Of a stretch of 43,919 bases of DNA, positions 35,127-43,425 are shown piece after piece. A program made the position numbers and the translations under genes. Every line of letters begins with the position of its first letter. The stretch's first letter is position 1. Under the pieces are notes generated by a model. That model had not been told where the DNA came from and did not search any database. It saw nothing but the letters and a program-made list of their open reading frames with translations. Origin of the DNA: a virus (Duplodnaviria > Caudoviricetes); IMG/VR virus record IMGVR_UViG_3300050330_000111, positions 1 through 43,919 of that record; one strand, written 5' to 3'.

Positions 35127-36866
35127 TCAGTAGAAGTCGCTGATGTCGCCGGGCAGCGGCGGTTCGTTCTCGAACAGATCGCGTGGCTTGGGCTGAGTGT
35201 CCTTGACGCCCTGCACAGGCTTCCCGGTCCACCAGATGTATGGATCGTGGCAGCCGACCACCTTCAGGTACATCATGCGTTCACGCGCGCGCTTCAGCGC
35301 CTTCTTGACGCGGTCGCGGTGTGCCTTCCGGCCTTCATCGGTGTTGTCATCTTCACGGAGCATCTTGTTCGACATGGTGCGCTTGACATGGTCGTACTCG
35401 ACGACGTGCCGCACCGCCTGCGGCAAGCCGAGCACGGCGGGCGGCGGCACACCCTGGTCCTCGAGCGCGGCCAGCAGACACTCGACAAACAGCTTCTCCT
35501 GCTGCGATGCGCGAACACCGAATTGCCCTTCCTCGCGCCTTTGCGGCTCTTTGTCGTTGCCCGGATCGGCAATCACTGGCGCCGCGACGACGCATGATGT
35601 GCGCGGACGGCCGAACCGGTTCGTCGTACCGTCCTCAACGACGTTCAACACAAAATCGAATTCATCGCCGTCCTGACCCTCGCGCTGCTTCTTGACCTTC
35701 ATGGTCCGGATCGGCCGACCCTCGTCGTCCTTGACGTCAAAGGTATCGCGGCCCGACGTGGTGATCTTGCGCGACACGTGCAGCACGGTGTCGATGTTGT
35801 TGGTCAGTTGCTCGTTTCCGCGATGCTTGCCGAGCGAATTGGTGTGACCGACGATCAGCGATGCCGCGTTCATAACTTCGCGCAATCGCGCGAAGTTCTC
35901 GCGGATCTTCGACACCGTCTCGCTGTCGATTTCTGACGCGCCAGGTGTCGCGGCATTGTAGGTGTCGAACACCATCAGCCCCAGCGGGATGCTGCCGAAC
36001 TTTGCGCGGACGATCCCGCGCATTTCGGCGGCAAGCTCTTCGACCGCCTTCTCGGCCGGCCATAGCGCGAGAGGCTTTGTGAGCACCGCGAATGGCAGCG
36101 GCTCCAGGTCGAGGCCGTGATGCTTGCGATAGGCGCGCATCCGCGCCGTCGCACCCTTCGCCGCCTCATAGGCGCACCAGATGACGCCGCGCGGTTGGAG
36201 GATACGGCGCCCGAAGAACGGGACACCGCGCGCCACGCACATGCCGAGGTGGTAGGTCAGAAACGACTTACCGGTTTGGGTCTCCCCCATCATCAGCGCG
36301 CCCTCGCGCTCGGGGATGAGATCCTCGACCAGGTATTCGTATTCCTCGCCAGGGTCGTTCTGATCGACCCACATCTTGAGGCCCATGCGGGACACGAACG
36401 GCGCGCCGGCGGTGAACTCCTCGTCGCCGACCGATCCGATCGCGCGGCGCTCTGAGCAGGACTGGATGTGCGCCGCGAGCTCCGCAGGGTCGAGCGATGG
36501 ATCGGCATCAACCATGAGGCGGGCCACGTACTGGCCGGCCGTGAGGCCAAGACCCGGCAGCACCGCGTCCCACTCGCCGCCTAGCGCCGCGCCCATGGAT
36601 TTGGCGTTGACTTCCCAGCCCTCATCGCGCGCGCGGACGAAGACCCCGAACATGCGTCGGTGGAAGACGTCGAAGAAATCGCCCTCGCCAACCTCGGCGA
36701 CGACGGCATCAATCGAGTTCGGCTCCGTTAGGAGGATGCCGATGAGTTGGCGCTCTGCCTGGATGTCGGTCAGGGGATTGTCGCCGGCGTCGAACAGGTC
36801 CCCGGCCGGGAGAGGCGCAGGAACGTCGATCTCCGCTTCCGGCGGCATCGCGGTGAGGTCGTTCAT
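35127..36866 (-). CDS. Replicative helicase: DnaB N-terminal domain + RepA/AAA_25 SF4 domain, 579 aa
   Basis: ATG 36866; AERQLIGILL...DFF...HRRMF (DnaB-N); YLVEDLIP, GETQTGKSF, VFDT, IVGH, KQREG. Confidence 0.88.
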   Translation of the reverse strand: MNDLTAMPPEAEIDVPAPLPAGDLFDAGDNPLTDIQAERQLIGILLTEPNSIDAVVAEVGEGDFFDVFHRRMFGVFVRARDEGWEVNAKSMGAALGGEWDAVLPGLGLTAGQYVARLMVDADPSLDPAELAAHIQSCSERRAIGSVGDEEFTAGAPFVSRMGLKMWVDQNDPGEEYEYLVEDLIPEREGALMMGETQTGKSFLTYHLGMCVARGVPFFGRRILQPRGVIWCAYEAAKGATARMRAYRKHHGLDLEPLPFAVLTKPLALWPAEKAVEELAAEMRGIVRAKFGSIPLGLMVFDTYNAATPGASEIDSETVSKIRENFARLREVMNAASLIVGHTNSLGKHRGNEQLTNNIDTVLHVSRKITTSGRDTFDVKDDEGRPIRTMKVKKQREGQDGDEFDFVLNVVEDGTTNRFGRPRTSCVVAAPVIADPGNDKEPQRREEGQFGVRASQQEKLFVECLLAALEDQGVPPPAVLGLPQAVRHVVEYDHVKRTMSNKMLREDDNTDEGRKAHRDRVKKALKRARERMMYLKVVGCHDPYIWWTGKPVQGVKDTQPKPRDLFENEPPLPGDISDFY

Positions 36867-37141
36867 CGCCGCGCCCCGGTCAGCCGCCGCGCAACCTCGG
36901 CAGGCTGATGGATGCAGGCATCCAGAAACCGCGCACCGGCATCGAGCACTGCGATGCGACGCATGACGTCCGGGCAAGGCGCCGCACGCAACCCGCCCAT
37001 CAGCAGCGCGCGCTGCGTGCTTTCCAGCCGCCAGGCTTCATCCGCGATGGCCTGACTGATCTCGGCCGGCGACGGCTTCGGGGCGGCGGCGTCCAGCTTC
37101 GCTTCCGAGATCAGTCGCTCGGCTTCGACCTCGCCGCTCAT
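36863..37141 (-). CDS. Hypothetical protein, 92 aa
   Basis: ATGA coupling on both sides; GGGGAGG RBS. Confidence 0.65.
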   Translation of the reverse strand: MSGEVEAERLISEAKLDAAAPKPSPAEISQAIADEAWRLESTQRALLMGGLRAAPCPDVMRRIAVLDAGARFLDACIHQPAEVARRLTGARR

Positions 37142-39807
37142 GCCGCCTCCCCGCCTTCTAGGAGGTCGAATAGGGTGGGTGCCGCGACGTCGCGCTCCGC
37201 CTCTTGGCAATAGGCAACGCCGTCGCGGAAATACTGCGACGAAAGCTCCACGCCGATGCCGCGGCGTTTGAGCATGATTGCCCGGTACGGCACCGTCATC
37301 AGCCCGCCGAACGGGTCAAACACCGTTTCGCCCGGCATGGTGTATTGCGTGATGGCGCGGTCCACGATGTCGAATTGCAGCGGACAGAGATGGAGCTCGC
37401 GGCCCTTTGCGTGTTGCAGGCCGTTCAGCGTCCGCATTCTCGTCACGTCGGTCTCGACGCTCGGATGCCACGAATGCGGCGGCAGCAGCATGAATGTAGG
37501 CGGGAGCTGTCCGGCGGCGTCAAGCGCTTCGCAGCATGCCACGTGGTGTTCGAAGTCGTAGACGGTCGCGATGGAATGCTCTTTCCAGCGCGGGAATATA
37601 TCAGAGGCCTTAAGCCCAACCAACTCGTCCGGCGTGAGCAGTCGATTTCCGCTGGATCGGCCAAAGCCATGAGCATCCAACTGCCACCGGCCTCGCGAGT
37701 AACCCGTGCCGGCAACAGGTGTCTGACGGACTTTGCTATCCTGTTCCCACGGACCGACGGTCCCATCAGGCTTGATCGACTGTGGCATTTCCTTCGCGAC
37801 AGGCACGTCGGCATAGCCCTTCGAGCGATCGGACTGCGGCTTGCGGAAGATGTGGACGTATTCCGGCAGTCCGAAACCCATCCTGGTGCCGTCTTTGCAC
37901 TGCTCGGTCCACCCGAGCCGATAGGTCTGGTTGTTCTCGCGAACAACGTCCGTAACGATCGTCTTCGTCCCGATGTACGCAAATCCGTGGCGCATCATGT
38001 GAAACAGCGTCTTTGCGCCGAACGGGCTCACGGTCTGGAAGCCGAGCCCGGTCATTCCGCCAGGCACGATCCTGTCTTTGCAATGGATCATCGCGATGCG
38101 GCCGGGCCGCAGCACGCGCAGCAACTCGGGCGTTAGGAAGTCCAGTTGTTCGAAAAAGTGATCGTCGTCGTCGGTGTGGCCGAAGTCACAGAAATTCGGC
38201 GTGTATTCGTACTGCGTCGAGAACGGGATCGATGTGATGATCAGGTCGACGCTGTTCTCCGCCATGCGCCGCGTCTCGTCCACGCAGTCGTTATTCACGC
38301 AAACAAACCGCTCGCCCCTGACCTCGCGGCGGGCGACACCGAGCGATCGCTCGAGCGCGCCGGCGAGGCTGGCGTGCGCCAACCCGAATTCCTTGATGAT
38401 GCCGGCCATGATCGCGGCCTGCTCGTCGTGCCGCGCCCAACGCTCCTCGAGCTTCCGGCGGACGCCCCGCTCCTGCTCGGTGTAGATCAGATCGACGCGA
38501 ACCGTATGCTGCTGGCCGAACCTGGCGAGCCGATGGATTGCCTGTATGAAGTCGTGAAACTTGAAACCGATGCCCGTGAACATCATCCAGTGGCAGAAAT
38601 ACTGGAAATTGCAGCCGGCGCCGCTCATCGAGGGTTTGGTCGCAAGCTCGGCGAAACGGCCATTCTTGAAGTCGATGGCGTTGCGCTCGTTCTCGTCCTG
38701 ATCCTGCGAGCCATAGATGGACTTCGCCGTCGGAATTGCCTTCTCGATCGCAAGCCGCTCGACCTCGAGGTCATGCCAGATGATCCGGTGCGCCGCCGGG
38801 TCTTCGGCTCGCAACTCCATCACCTTCGCGATCCGGTCCGACAGGCTATCGCGCTTCACGCGCGCGGCGTTCTGGACACCGATCGCATCGTCGACGAACA
38901 TCTTGCCCTGTCCGTCGCGCTCGCATTCGGCCTTGGTGTGGTCGGCCGGCAGTTCGTGCCAGCGGATATCGAGGTCGGGAAGGACGTAGCCCTCGTCGGA
39001 AAAGCCAAGGTCCGACGGCCTCGACACGAACAGCGCCCACGATGCGACCCACAGCCAGAACTCCCGCTCCTTGTGCGGCAGGATCGTCAGCTCATCAGCC
39101 TTCTCGCTGTTTCGCTTGAAGAAACGGGTCTTGGCCTGCGACACGTCCATGATGCCGAGGAACGCGGCATAGGCGAGCAATTCGATGTGCTCGTTCGGGT
39201 CAGGCGTGGCCGTCGCGACGAAGCGATAGCGGATCTGATGCGGGACCTGATCGCCGCGCGCGTCGCCGGCGAGCCGCGCCATGAATTCGCGGAACGTCTT
39301 CGACCCGCCGAAGCCGCGCAGGCAGGCCGCCTCATCGAGCGAAACAAAATCGAACAGCCGGGTGTCGATCTTGCCGTCGCGAACACTCTCGTAGTTCGTG
39401 AGATAGATGCGCGGCGGCCACGGCTGCCGATATTCGTCAGAACCGTCGGTCAGGTCTTCCGCTTCGATCTGATCCGTCGACTTGATGAACTTCAGGCGAA
39501 CCGCGAAGTCGCCCTTGAACCAGCGCTCGCCATCGTCAAAGAACTCCTGACGCACGCCGAGCGGCAACACGATCAACGGCAGCGCGCCGGTCTTGATCCG
39601 ACACAGCCGCGCCAGTTCGATCTGCGCCGAAGTCTTGTGCAGGCCGAACTTGGAGAAGATGCCGCGCCGGCCGCCCAGGGCGGCCCACGCCACGATCACC
39701 TTCACGAAATCCTTCAACGCCGGATTGATTTCGTGCGGTTCGACCGCAAACCCGTGCTCGGGCGCAACAGCGATCTTCTGCTCGATGAATGCGCGGTAGC
39801 TGTCCAT
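37138..39807 (-). CDS. SNF2-like helicase / N4-N6 DNA methyltransferase fusion, 889 aa
   Basis: ATG 39807; FGLHKT, LTNYE, LDEA, ATATP, QAIHR..RFGQ helicase motifs; TSIPF, HLCPLQ, FDPFGG methyltransferase motifs (beta order). Confidence 0.88.
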   Translation of the reverse strand: MDSYRAFIEQKIAVAPEHGFAVEPHEINPALKDFVKVIVAWAALGGRRGIFSKFGLHKTSAQIELARLCRIKTGALPLIVLPLGVRQEFFDDGERWFKGDFAVRLKFIKSTDQIEAEDLTDGSDEYRQPWPPRIYLTNYESVRDGKIDTRLFDFVSLDEAACLRGFGGSKTFREFMARLAGDARGDQVPHQIRYRFVATATPDPNEHIELLAYAAFLGIMDVSQAKTRFFKRNSEKADELTILPHKEREFWLWVASWALFVSRPSDLGFSDEGYVLPDLDIRWHELPADHTKAECERDGQGKMFVDDAIGVQNAARVKRDSLSDRIAKVMELRAEDPAAHRIIWHDLEVERLAIEKAIPTAKSIYGSQDQDENERNAIDFKNGRFAELATKPSMSGAGCNFQYFCHWMMFTGIGFKFHDFIQAIHRLARFGQQHTVRVDLIYTEQERGVRRKLEERWARHDEQAAIMAGIIKEFGLAHASLAGALERSLGVARREVRGERFVCVNNDCVDETRRMAENSVDLIITSIPFSTQYEYTPNFCDFGHTDDDDHFFEQLDFLTPELLRVLRPGRIAMIHCKDRIVPGGMTGLGFQTVSPFGAKTLFHMMRHGFAYIGTKTIVTDVVRENNQTYRLGWTEQCKDGTRMGFGLPEYVHIFRKPQSDRSKGYADVPVAKEMPQSIKPDGTVGPWEQDSKVRQTPVAGTGYSRGRWQLDAHGFGRSSGNRLLTPDELVGLKASDIFPRWKEHSIATVYDFEHHVACCEALDAAGQLPPTFMLLPPHSWHPSVETDVTRMRTLNGLQHAKGRELHLCPLQFDIVDRAITQYTMPGETVFDPFGGLMTVPYRAIMLKRRGIGVELSSQYFRDGVAYCQEAERDVAAPTLFDLLEGGEAA

Positions 39808-40331
39808 CAGAACATCTGCCTCGCTGCAATCGGCCCGAGCGCGAAGCGCGTGGCATGTTCCGGCGCAAAGCAGCACACCGCGAACGCCCAGAGCGCGCAG
39901 GCGTCCGCCTCGTCATCGGTCGTGACGCGCCAGCCGTACCGCCGACAGATTTCGATGGTGTCGACCTTCTTGGCGTGGCCGTACCCCGTGAAGTGCTTCT
40001 TCACCGACGACGCCCGCCCCTCCCGGCAACGCACGTTCTGGCTGCGCGCGATCATCTCGGTGAGCACGGCAAGCCCCATCAGCTTGCGCGTCGTCATCGG
40101 TTGCGTCTTCTTCGGCAGGATCGGCGCCTCGAAGATCAAGAGCTCAGGCCGGCGCGCGATCACGACACCCTTCAGCCAGGCGGCGAAGGTCAGCCCGAAC
40201 CGGCCCACGTCATCACCGGTCGGCGGGATCGTGAAATGTCCGAATTCCGGATTGGCGTCCGTCGGCTTGCCGCAACACCAACCCGTGTTGGTGGCAAGGT
40301 CGAGCGCCAAGATGTCGTTGGTGATGCGCAT
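39807..40331 (-). CDS. RuvC-like Holliday junction resolvase
   Basis: ILALDLATNTGW, LIFEAP, VKKHFTG.G.A.K, DEADA. Confidence 0.85.
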   Translation of the reverse strand: MRITNDILALDLATNTGWCCGKPTDANPEFGHFTIPPTGDDVGRFGLTFAAWLKGVVIARRPELLIFEAPILPKKTQPMTTRKLMGLAVLTEMIARSQNVRCREGRASSVKKHFTGYGHAKKVDTIEICRRYGWRVTTDDEADACALWAFAVCCFAPEHATRFALGPIAARQMF

Positions 40332-40406
40332 TCGCTGCGGTGATGCGGGGTGACGAGGATTGTCGTGTTCAAAGCCGCGGCGCAGGGCCGCGGCCGCGCA
40401 GGGCGT

Positions 40407-40775
40407 CTATTCGGTTCCGAAGATCGCGTTCAGGTGCGCGCCCATCGGGGTGTCGCCGAACGACTTGTCGCTGTTCGCGTGGCGCAAGATTTCCTCGATC
40501 TGCTCGCGATCGTCGCCGTCGAGGCTTTCCAGGTCGCCTTCGGACTTCCGGAGCGCCTTGCGCGCATTCCAGAGCTTGCCGAACACCTTCGGCCGGATGC
40601 CGGCCTGCTTAGCCTCTTCCTTGATGTCCTTCTGATCGTCGCGCAGCGATTTGCATTCCTGCATCGCCTTGCCCATGATCGAGGCGCACTCGTTCTCGAT
40701 GTTCTCCATTCGATCGAGATATCCGTCGATCATCCCGAAGTCGTAGCCGTTGCCCGGCTTTGCCTCACTCGCCAT
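40407..40775 (-). CDS. GapR-like (DUF2312-related) DNA-binding protein
   Basis: GYLDRMENIE...DDQKDIKEEAKQAG...TPMG; GGAGG RBS. Confidence 0.6.
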   Translation of the reverse strand: MASEAKPGNGYDFGMIDGYLDRMENIENECASIMGKAMQECKSLRDDQKDIKEEAKQAGIRPKVFGKLWNARKALRKSEGDLESLDGDDREQIEEILRHANSDKSFGDTPMGAHLNAIFGTE

Positions 40776-40831
40776 TTCAAGTCCTCCGCATGTGGATGGT
40801 TTGGCGGGCCGCGCCCAAGCGCGGCGCGCGG

Positions 40832-41314
40832 TTAGGCAAGCTCGAGCTTCGAGCCAGCGACCCAGTCATCGGTGTGACGCTCGTGCCCCGGGCTCCGAAA
40901 ACGGACGCGATAGTCCGGCTCGCCTCGGAAATAGTGCGCAACGCCGAGCACGACGCCGATGCGGTCCGTCCCGCGCAGCCTGGCGCAATCGAAAATCACG
41001 AACTCGGTCGGCTTCTTCTCCGTCGACGCGCGGGTGTGCGCCGGCCGCCGCCTAACGGCAGTCCTCACAGTCTTCGCCATGGTGGCTTCCCTTCCTTGCT
41101 GCAGATGGTCCGCCGTGATGCCGCGAATGCAGCGGCGCTCGGCGCCCTCGATCAGGGCGCGCCAATACCGCACCGGGATCGAGCCGCGGACGATCATCGT
41201 TCCGACATGCGTGCGCGATCGGACGCCAGCGTCCTGAGTAAATGCCTCAACGCTCGGCCAGCGGGCGACAAACTCGGAGATCACGGGATTGCTGACTTCA
41301 ACGTAGGAGGTCAC
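40832..41314 (-). CDS. Cro-like HTH fused in frame to a small beta (SH3-like) domain; possible internal start at 41080
   Basis: WPSVEAF..DAGV...HV..M..RGSIP..YW HTH pattern; RBS-like AAGGAAGGGAAG before MAKTVR. Confidence 0.6.
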   Translation of the reverse strand: MTSYVEVSNPVISEFVARWPSVEAFTQDAGVRSRTHVGTMIVRGSIPVRYWRALIEGAERRCIRGITADHLQQGREATMAKTVRTAVRRRPAHTRASTEKKPTEFVIFDCARLRGTDRIGVVLGVAHYFRGEPDYRVRFRSPGHERHTDDWVAGSKLELA

Positions 41315-41316
41315 GG

Positions 41317-41556
41317 CTAGACCTTGCTCGGATGCGGCCGGGCAATGCCCTTCGGCCACTTCACGTTGTCCGGCCAATTTTCCGAAAACCAAGCCATGGC
41401 GTGCTCAAAACGAGCGGTGTGAAGATCTCGGCCGTTCGCAATGGCATCGAGCTTCTTTCCGTCGTTCAGTACGATGGTCGAAATTCGTGAAATGGAGCGG
41501 CCGCGAGCCTCGCAATAGGCGCTGGCGACCACCAAAAGCTGCTCTCTCATTGTCAT
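41317..41556 (-). CDS. cro: Cro-like repressor, 79 aa
   Basis: Divergent from cI; LL..A.AY....G.S.SR.S.....DGK.L..I..G.D....FE.A..WFS.NWP....WP pattern. Confidence 0.8.
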   Translation of the reverse strand: MTMREQLLVVASAYCEARGRSISRISTIVLNDGKKLDAIANGRDLHTARFEHAMAWFSENWPDNVKWPKGIARPHPSKV

Positions 41557-41563
41557 GAAGTTA

Positions 41564-41649
41564 AACATAAGGTCATTTATCCGCATTCGTCAAGCAGGAT
41601 GCGGATATAATACCGCTACCAGTCTAGATGTGTGCGGTTATGGTGTTGA
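41564..41649. promoter_or_regulatory. OR region: PR promoter and GCGG-N8-CCGC operators
   Basis: Minus strand TTGACG (41593-41588), 18 nt, TATGTT (41569-41564); operators at 41569-41584, 41601-41616 and a half-site at 41634. Confidence 0.75.
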
Positions 41650-41650
41650 T

Positions 41651-42391
41651 ATGAAAAAGAATTCGGCAGAAAAAATCTTAGAGCGGATCGATCGCAGAAT
41701 TGCCAAGCTTGCGAAACGCGCATCGGATCGCGGCGAGAAATTCCCCAAATCCGATCGCGCAATAAGCAAAGCAGCAACCGGATCACCGGAGACGTTGCGG
41801 GGTATCCGGCGGAATGTTGCGAACGGAGTGCAGTCTGGTGTCTCGCTCACCAACATCTCAAAATTTGCGCGTTTCCTTAAGACAACTGACGCATGGCTCC
41901 TGAACGAGACAGGGCCTGAAGAACTCGATGATCTAAACCATGACAGCGATCCATTCGAGCGCACACACTACGCCGAAGTGATCGAGGCAGAGAGAAAAGC
42001 CGTCATCGGCACAGTTCCGCTGGTCGGATACGTCGGCGCAGGAGCGGCAGCTCACTTCTACGAAGGCATCGCTCAAGAAAATCTAGATCGAGTACCCGCT
42101 CCTTTCGATGCGACGGAGAGCTCGGTCGCAGTCGAAATCCGCGGCACTAGCCTCGGCACAATGTTCGATCGCTGGCTCGTCTATTACGACGATGTTCGAA
42201 GGCCAGTCACCCACGATCTTGTTGGAAAGCTCTGCGTCGTCGGCACCGACGATGGCCGCATCCTCGTCAAAAAGCTTCTCCGATCAAAAACCCAACCGGG
42301 AACGTTCGATCTTATCTCAGAAGTCGAACCTCCAATTCTAGGAGTATCAGTTCAATGGGCCGCAAAGGTAAGGCAACTGGCGCCGCAATAG
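41651..42391 (+). CDS. cI: CI-like repressor (HTH + S24 autopeptidase), 246 aa
   Basis: VPLVGYVGAG cleavage region; IRGTSL catalytic Ser; LVKKL catalytic Lys; N-terminal HTH ending WLL. Confidence 0.9.
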   Translation: MKKNSAEKILERIDRRIAKLAKRASDRGEKFPKSDRAISKAATGSPETLRGIRRNVANGVQSGVSLTNISKFARFLKTTDAWLLNETGPEELDDLNHDSDPFERTHYAEVIEAERKAVIGTVPLVGYVGAGAAAHFYEGIAQENLDRVPAPFDATESSVAVEIRGTSLGTMFDRWLVYYDDVRRPVTHDLVGKLCVVGTDDGRILVKKLLRSKTQPGTFDLISEVEPPILGVSVQWAAKVRQLAPQ

Positions 42392-42924
42392 CATTTCTGT
42401 TTGCGCTTCTCGCACTGGGTGTGAACGCAAGCGACGCCGGCGAAGATTGCAAATCGATCAAATCGCCAGAGGAACGGCTCAAATGCTACGATGCCCAGGC
42501 GACGAAAAGCGAACCGCCACGGGAGGCGTCGGCTTCCGCCGAATTTCAGATCGTAGACCCTTCCGATATCTACGTTGGCACTAGGAAGTACCTCAACAAA
42601 CCAATCGGAATTCGGCGCGTCAGATGCTACTTCGCCGACGTCGACGACTATCGTTGCATCCCAACAAATTCAGAAACTTCGGTTGCGTTCTTTTCAAAGA
42701 GCATCGAACCAAAAAGCGCGAGAGAATTCATCGAAAAGAACTGCGACACCCTCAAAAAGACCGTTACGTTGTCGGCATGCCTTGTCAGCATTCGCTTTCA
42801 ATATTCCGCTGACGACGTGAACGAAGACTTCGTCTCAGGCATGAACAGGCGCATCGTGATCCGGCCGAGAGACGGGATCACGGTATCAATACCCGAAGAA
42901 GGCGGCCGAAGAAGCCGCCGATGA
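42355..42924 (+). CDS. Exported Cys-rich protein co-oriented with cI (immunity-region cargo)
   Basis: Signal-like AIAFLFALLALGVNA; C..I....ERL.CYD motif; six Cys; lower GC. Confidence 0.7.
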   Translation: MGRKGKATGAAIAFLFALLALGVNASDAGEDCKSIKSPEERLKCYDAQATKSEPPREASASAEFQIVDPSDIYVGTRKYLNKPIGIRRVRCYFADVDDYRCIPTNSETSVAFFSKSIEPKSAREFIEKNCDTLKKTVTLSACLVSIRFQYSADDVNEDFVSGMNRRIVIRPRDGITVSIPEEGGRRSRR

Positions 42925-42928
42925 CGCG

Positions 42929-43098
42929 GGGACAATCGGGGGACAAAGAGGGGACAAAGTGGGACATGGCCCGCTCCTTGCTACGCGCGCGGGCGCGCGC
43001 AGTTTAGTAATTCTATTCTAGCAAGGGGCCTCGTAAGAGGCCCCTTTGCTTTGGAATTAGAATGATCTGTATTTCCACGGGGACAAACTACAGGGACA
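42929..43098 (+). repeat. GGGACA iteron-like array B (6 direct copies)
   Basis: GGGACA at 42929, 42940, 42951, 42961, 43080, 43093. Confidence 0.85.
43023..43052 (+). terminator. Intrinsic terminator after the cI operon
   Basis: AAGGGGCCTC-GTAA-GAGGCCCCTT then TGCTTT. Confidence 0.75.
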
Positions 43099-43141
43099 TT
43101 GCGTCACACGGCCGGGTGGCTCCCGCCACCGGCCTAAAAAT

Positions 43142-43198
43142 AAATGCGGATGTTTGTCCGCATTTCTCTTGACGCGGTTAAATATCCGTATCTATGGT
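43142..43198 (+). promoter_or_regulatory. OL region: PL promoter with two operators
   Basis: TTGACG (43169-43174), 18 nt, TATGGT (43193-43198); GCGG-N8-CCGC at 43146-43161 and GCGG-N8-CCGT at 43174-43189. Confidence 0.8.
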
Positions 43199-43251
43199 CA
43201 CGTCCACCGCCGCATCCCGCGGCGACAAGCCCGAGAGGGCCAGGACGCACC

Positions 43252-43425
43252 ATGGACCAAACTGTTGAAGCCACATCGACCCTCGAAGCCATCCGCAACC
43301 TGATTGTCGCTGCCGAGAAGGCCGGGCTGGATCGCGCTGATTGCAATCGCAACGTGATTAGCGCCGCGCGCGACGCGATTGTCGCGTATGAAATCGCGAT
43401 CGCTTCCGCGAACGGAGGCGAGTGA
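43252..43425 (+). CDS. First early-left gene, hypothetical 57 aa
   Basis: ATG 43252 with AGGA RBS; TGATG-coupled to next gene. Confidence 0.7.
   Translation: MDQTVEATSTLEAIRNLIVAAEKAGLDRADCNRNVISAARDAIVAYEIAIASANGGE

Noticed and set aside
38146-40353. 735-aa plus-strand ORF
   Set aside because: Shadow of the methyltransferase and RuvC-like genes; same for other long plus ORFs such as 15222..16475, 9209..10393 and 31577..32755
33360-40765. Identical heptapeptide AKPGNGY in the HerA-like ATPase and the GapR-like N-terminus
   Set aside because: Different contexts and divergent codons; most likely coincidence
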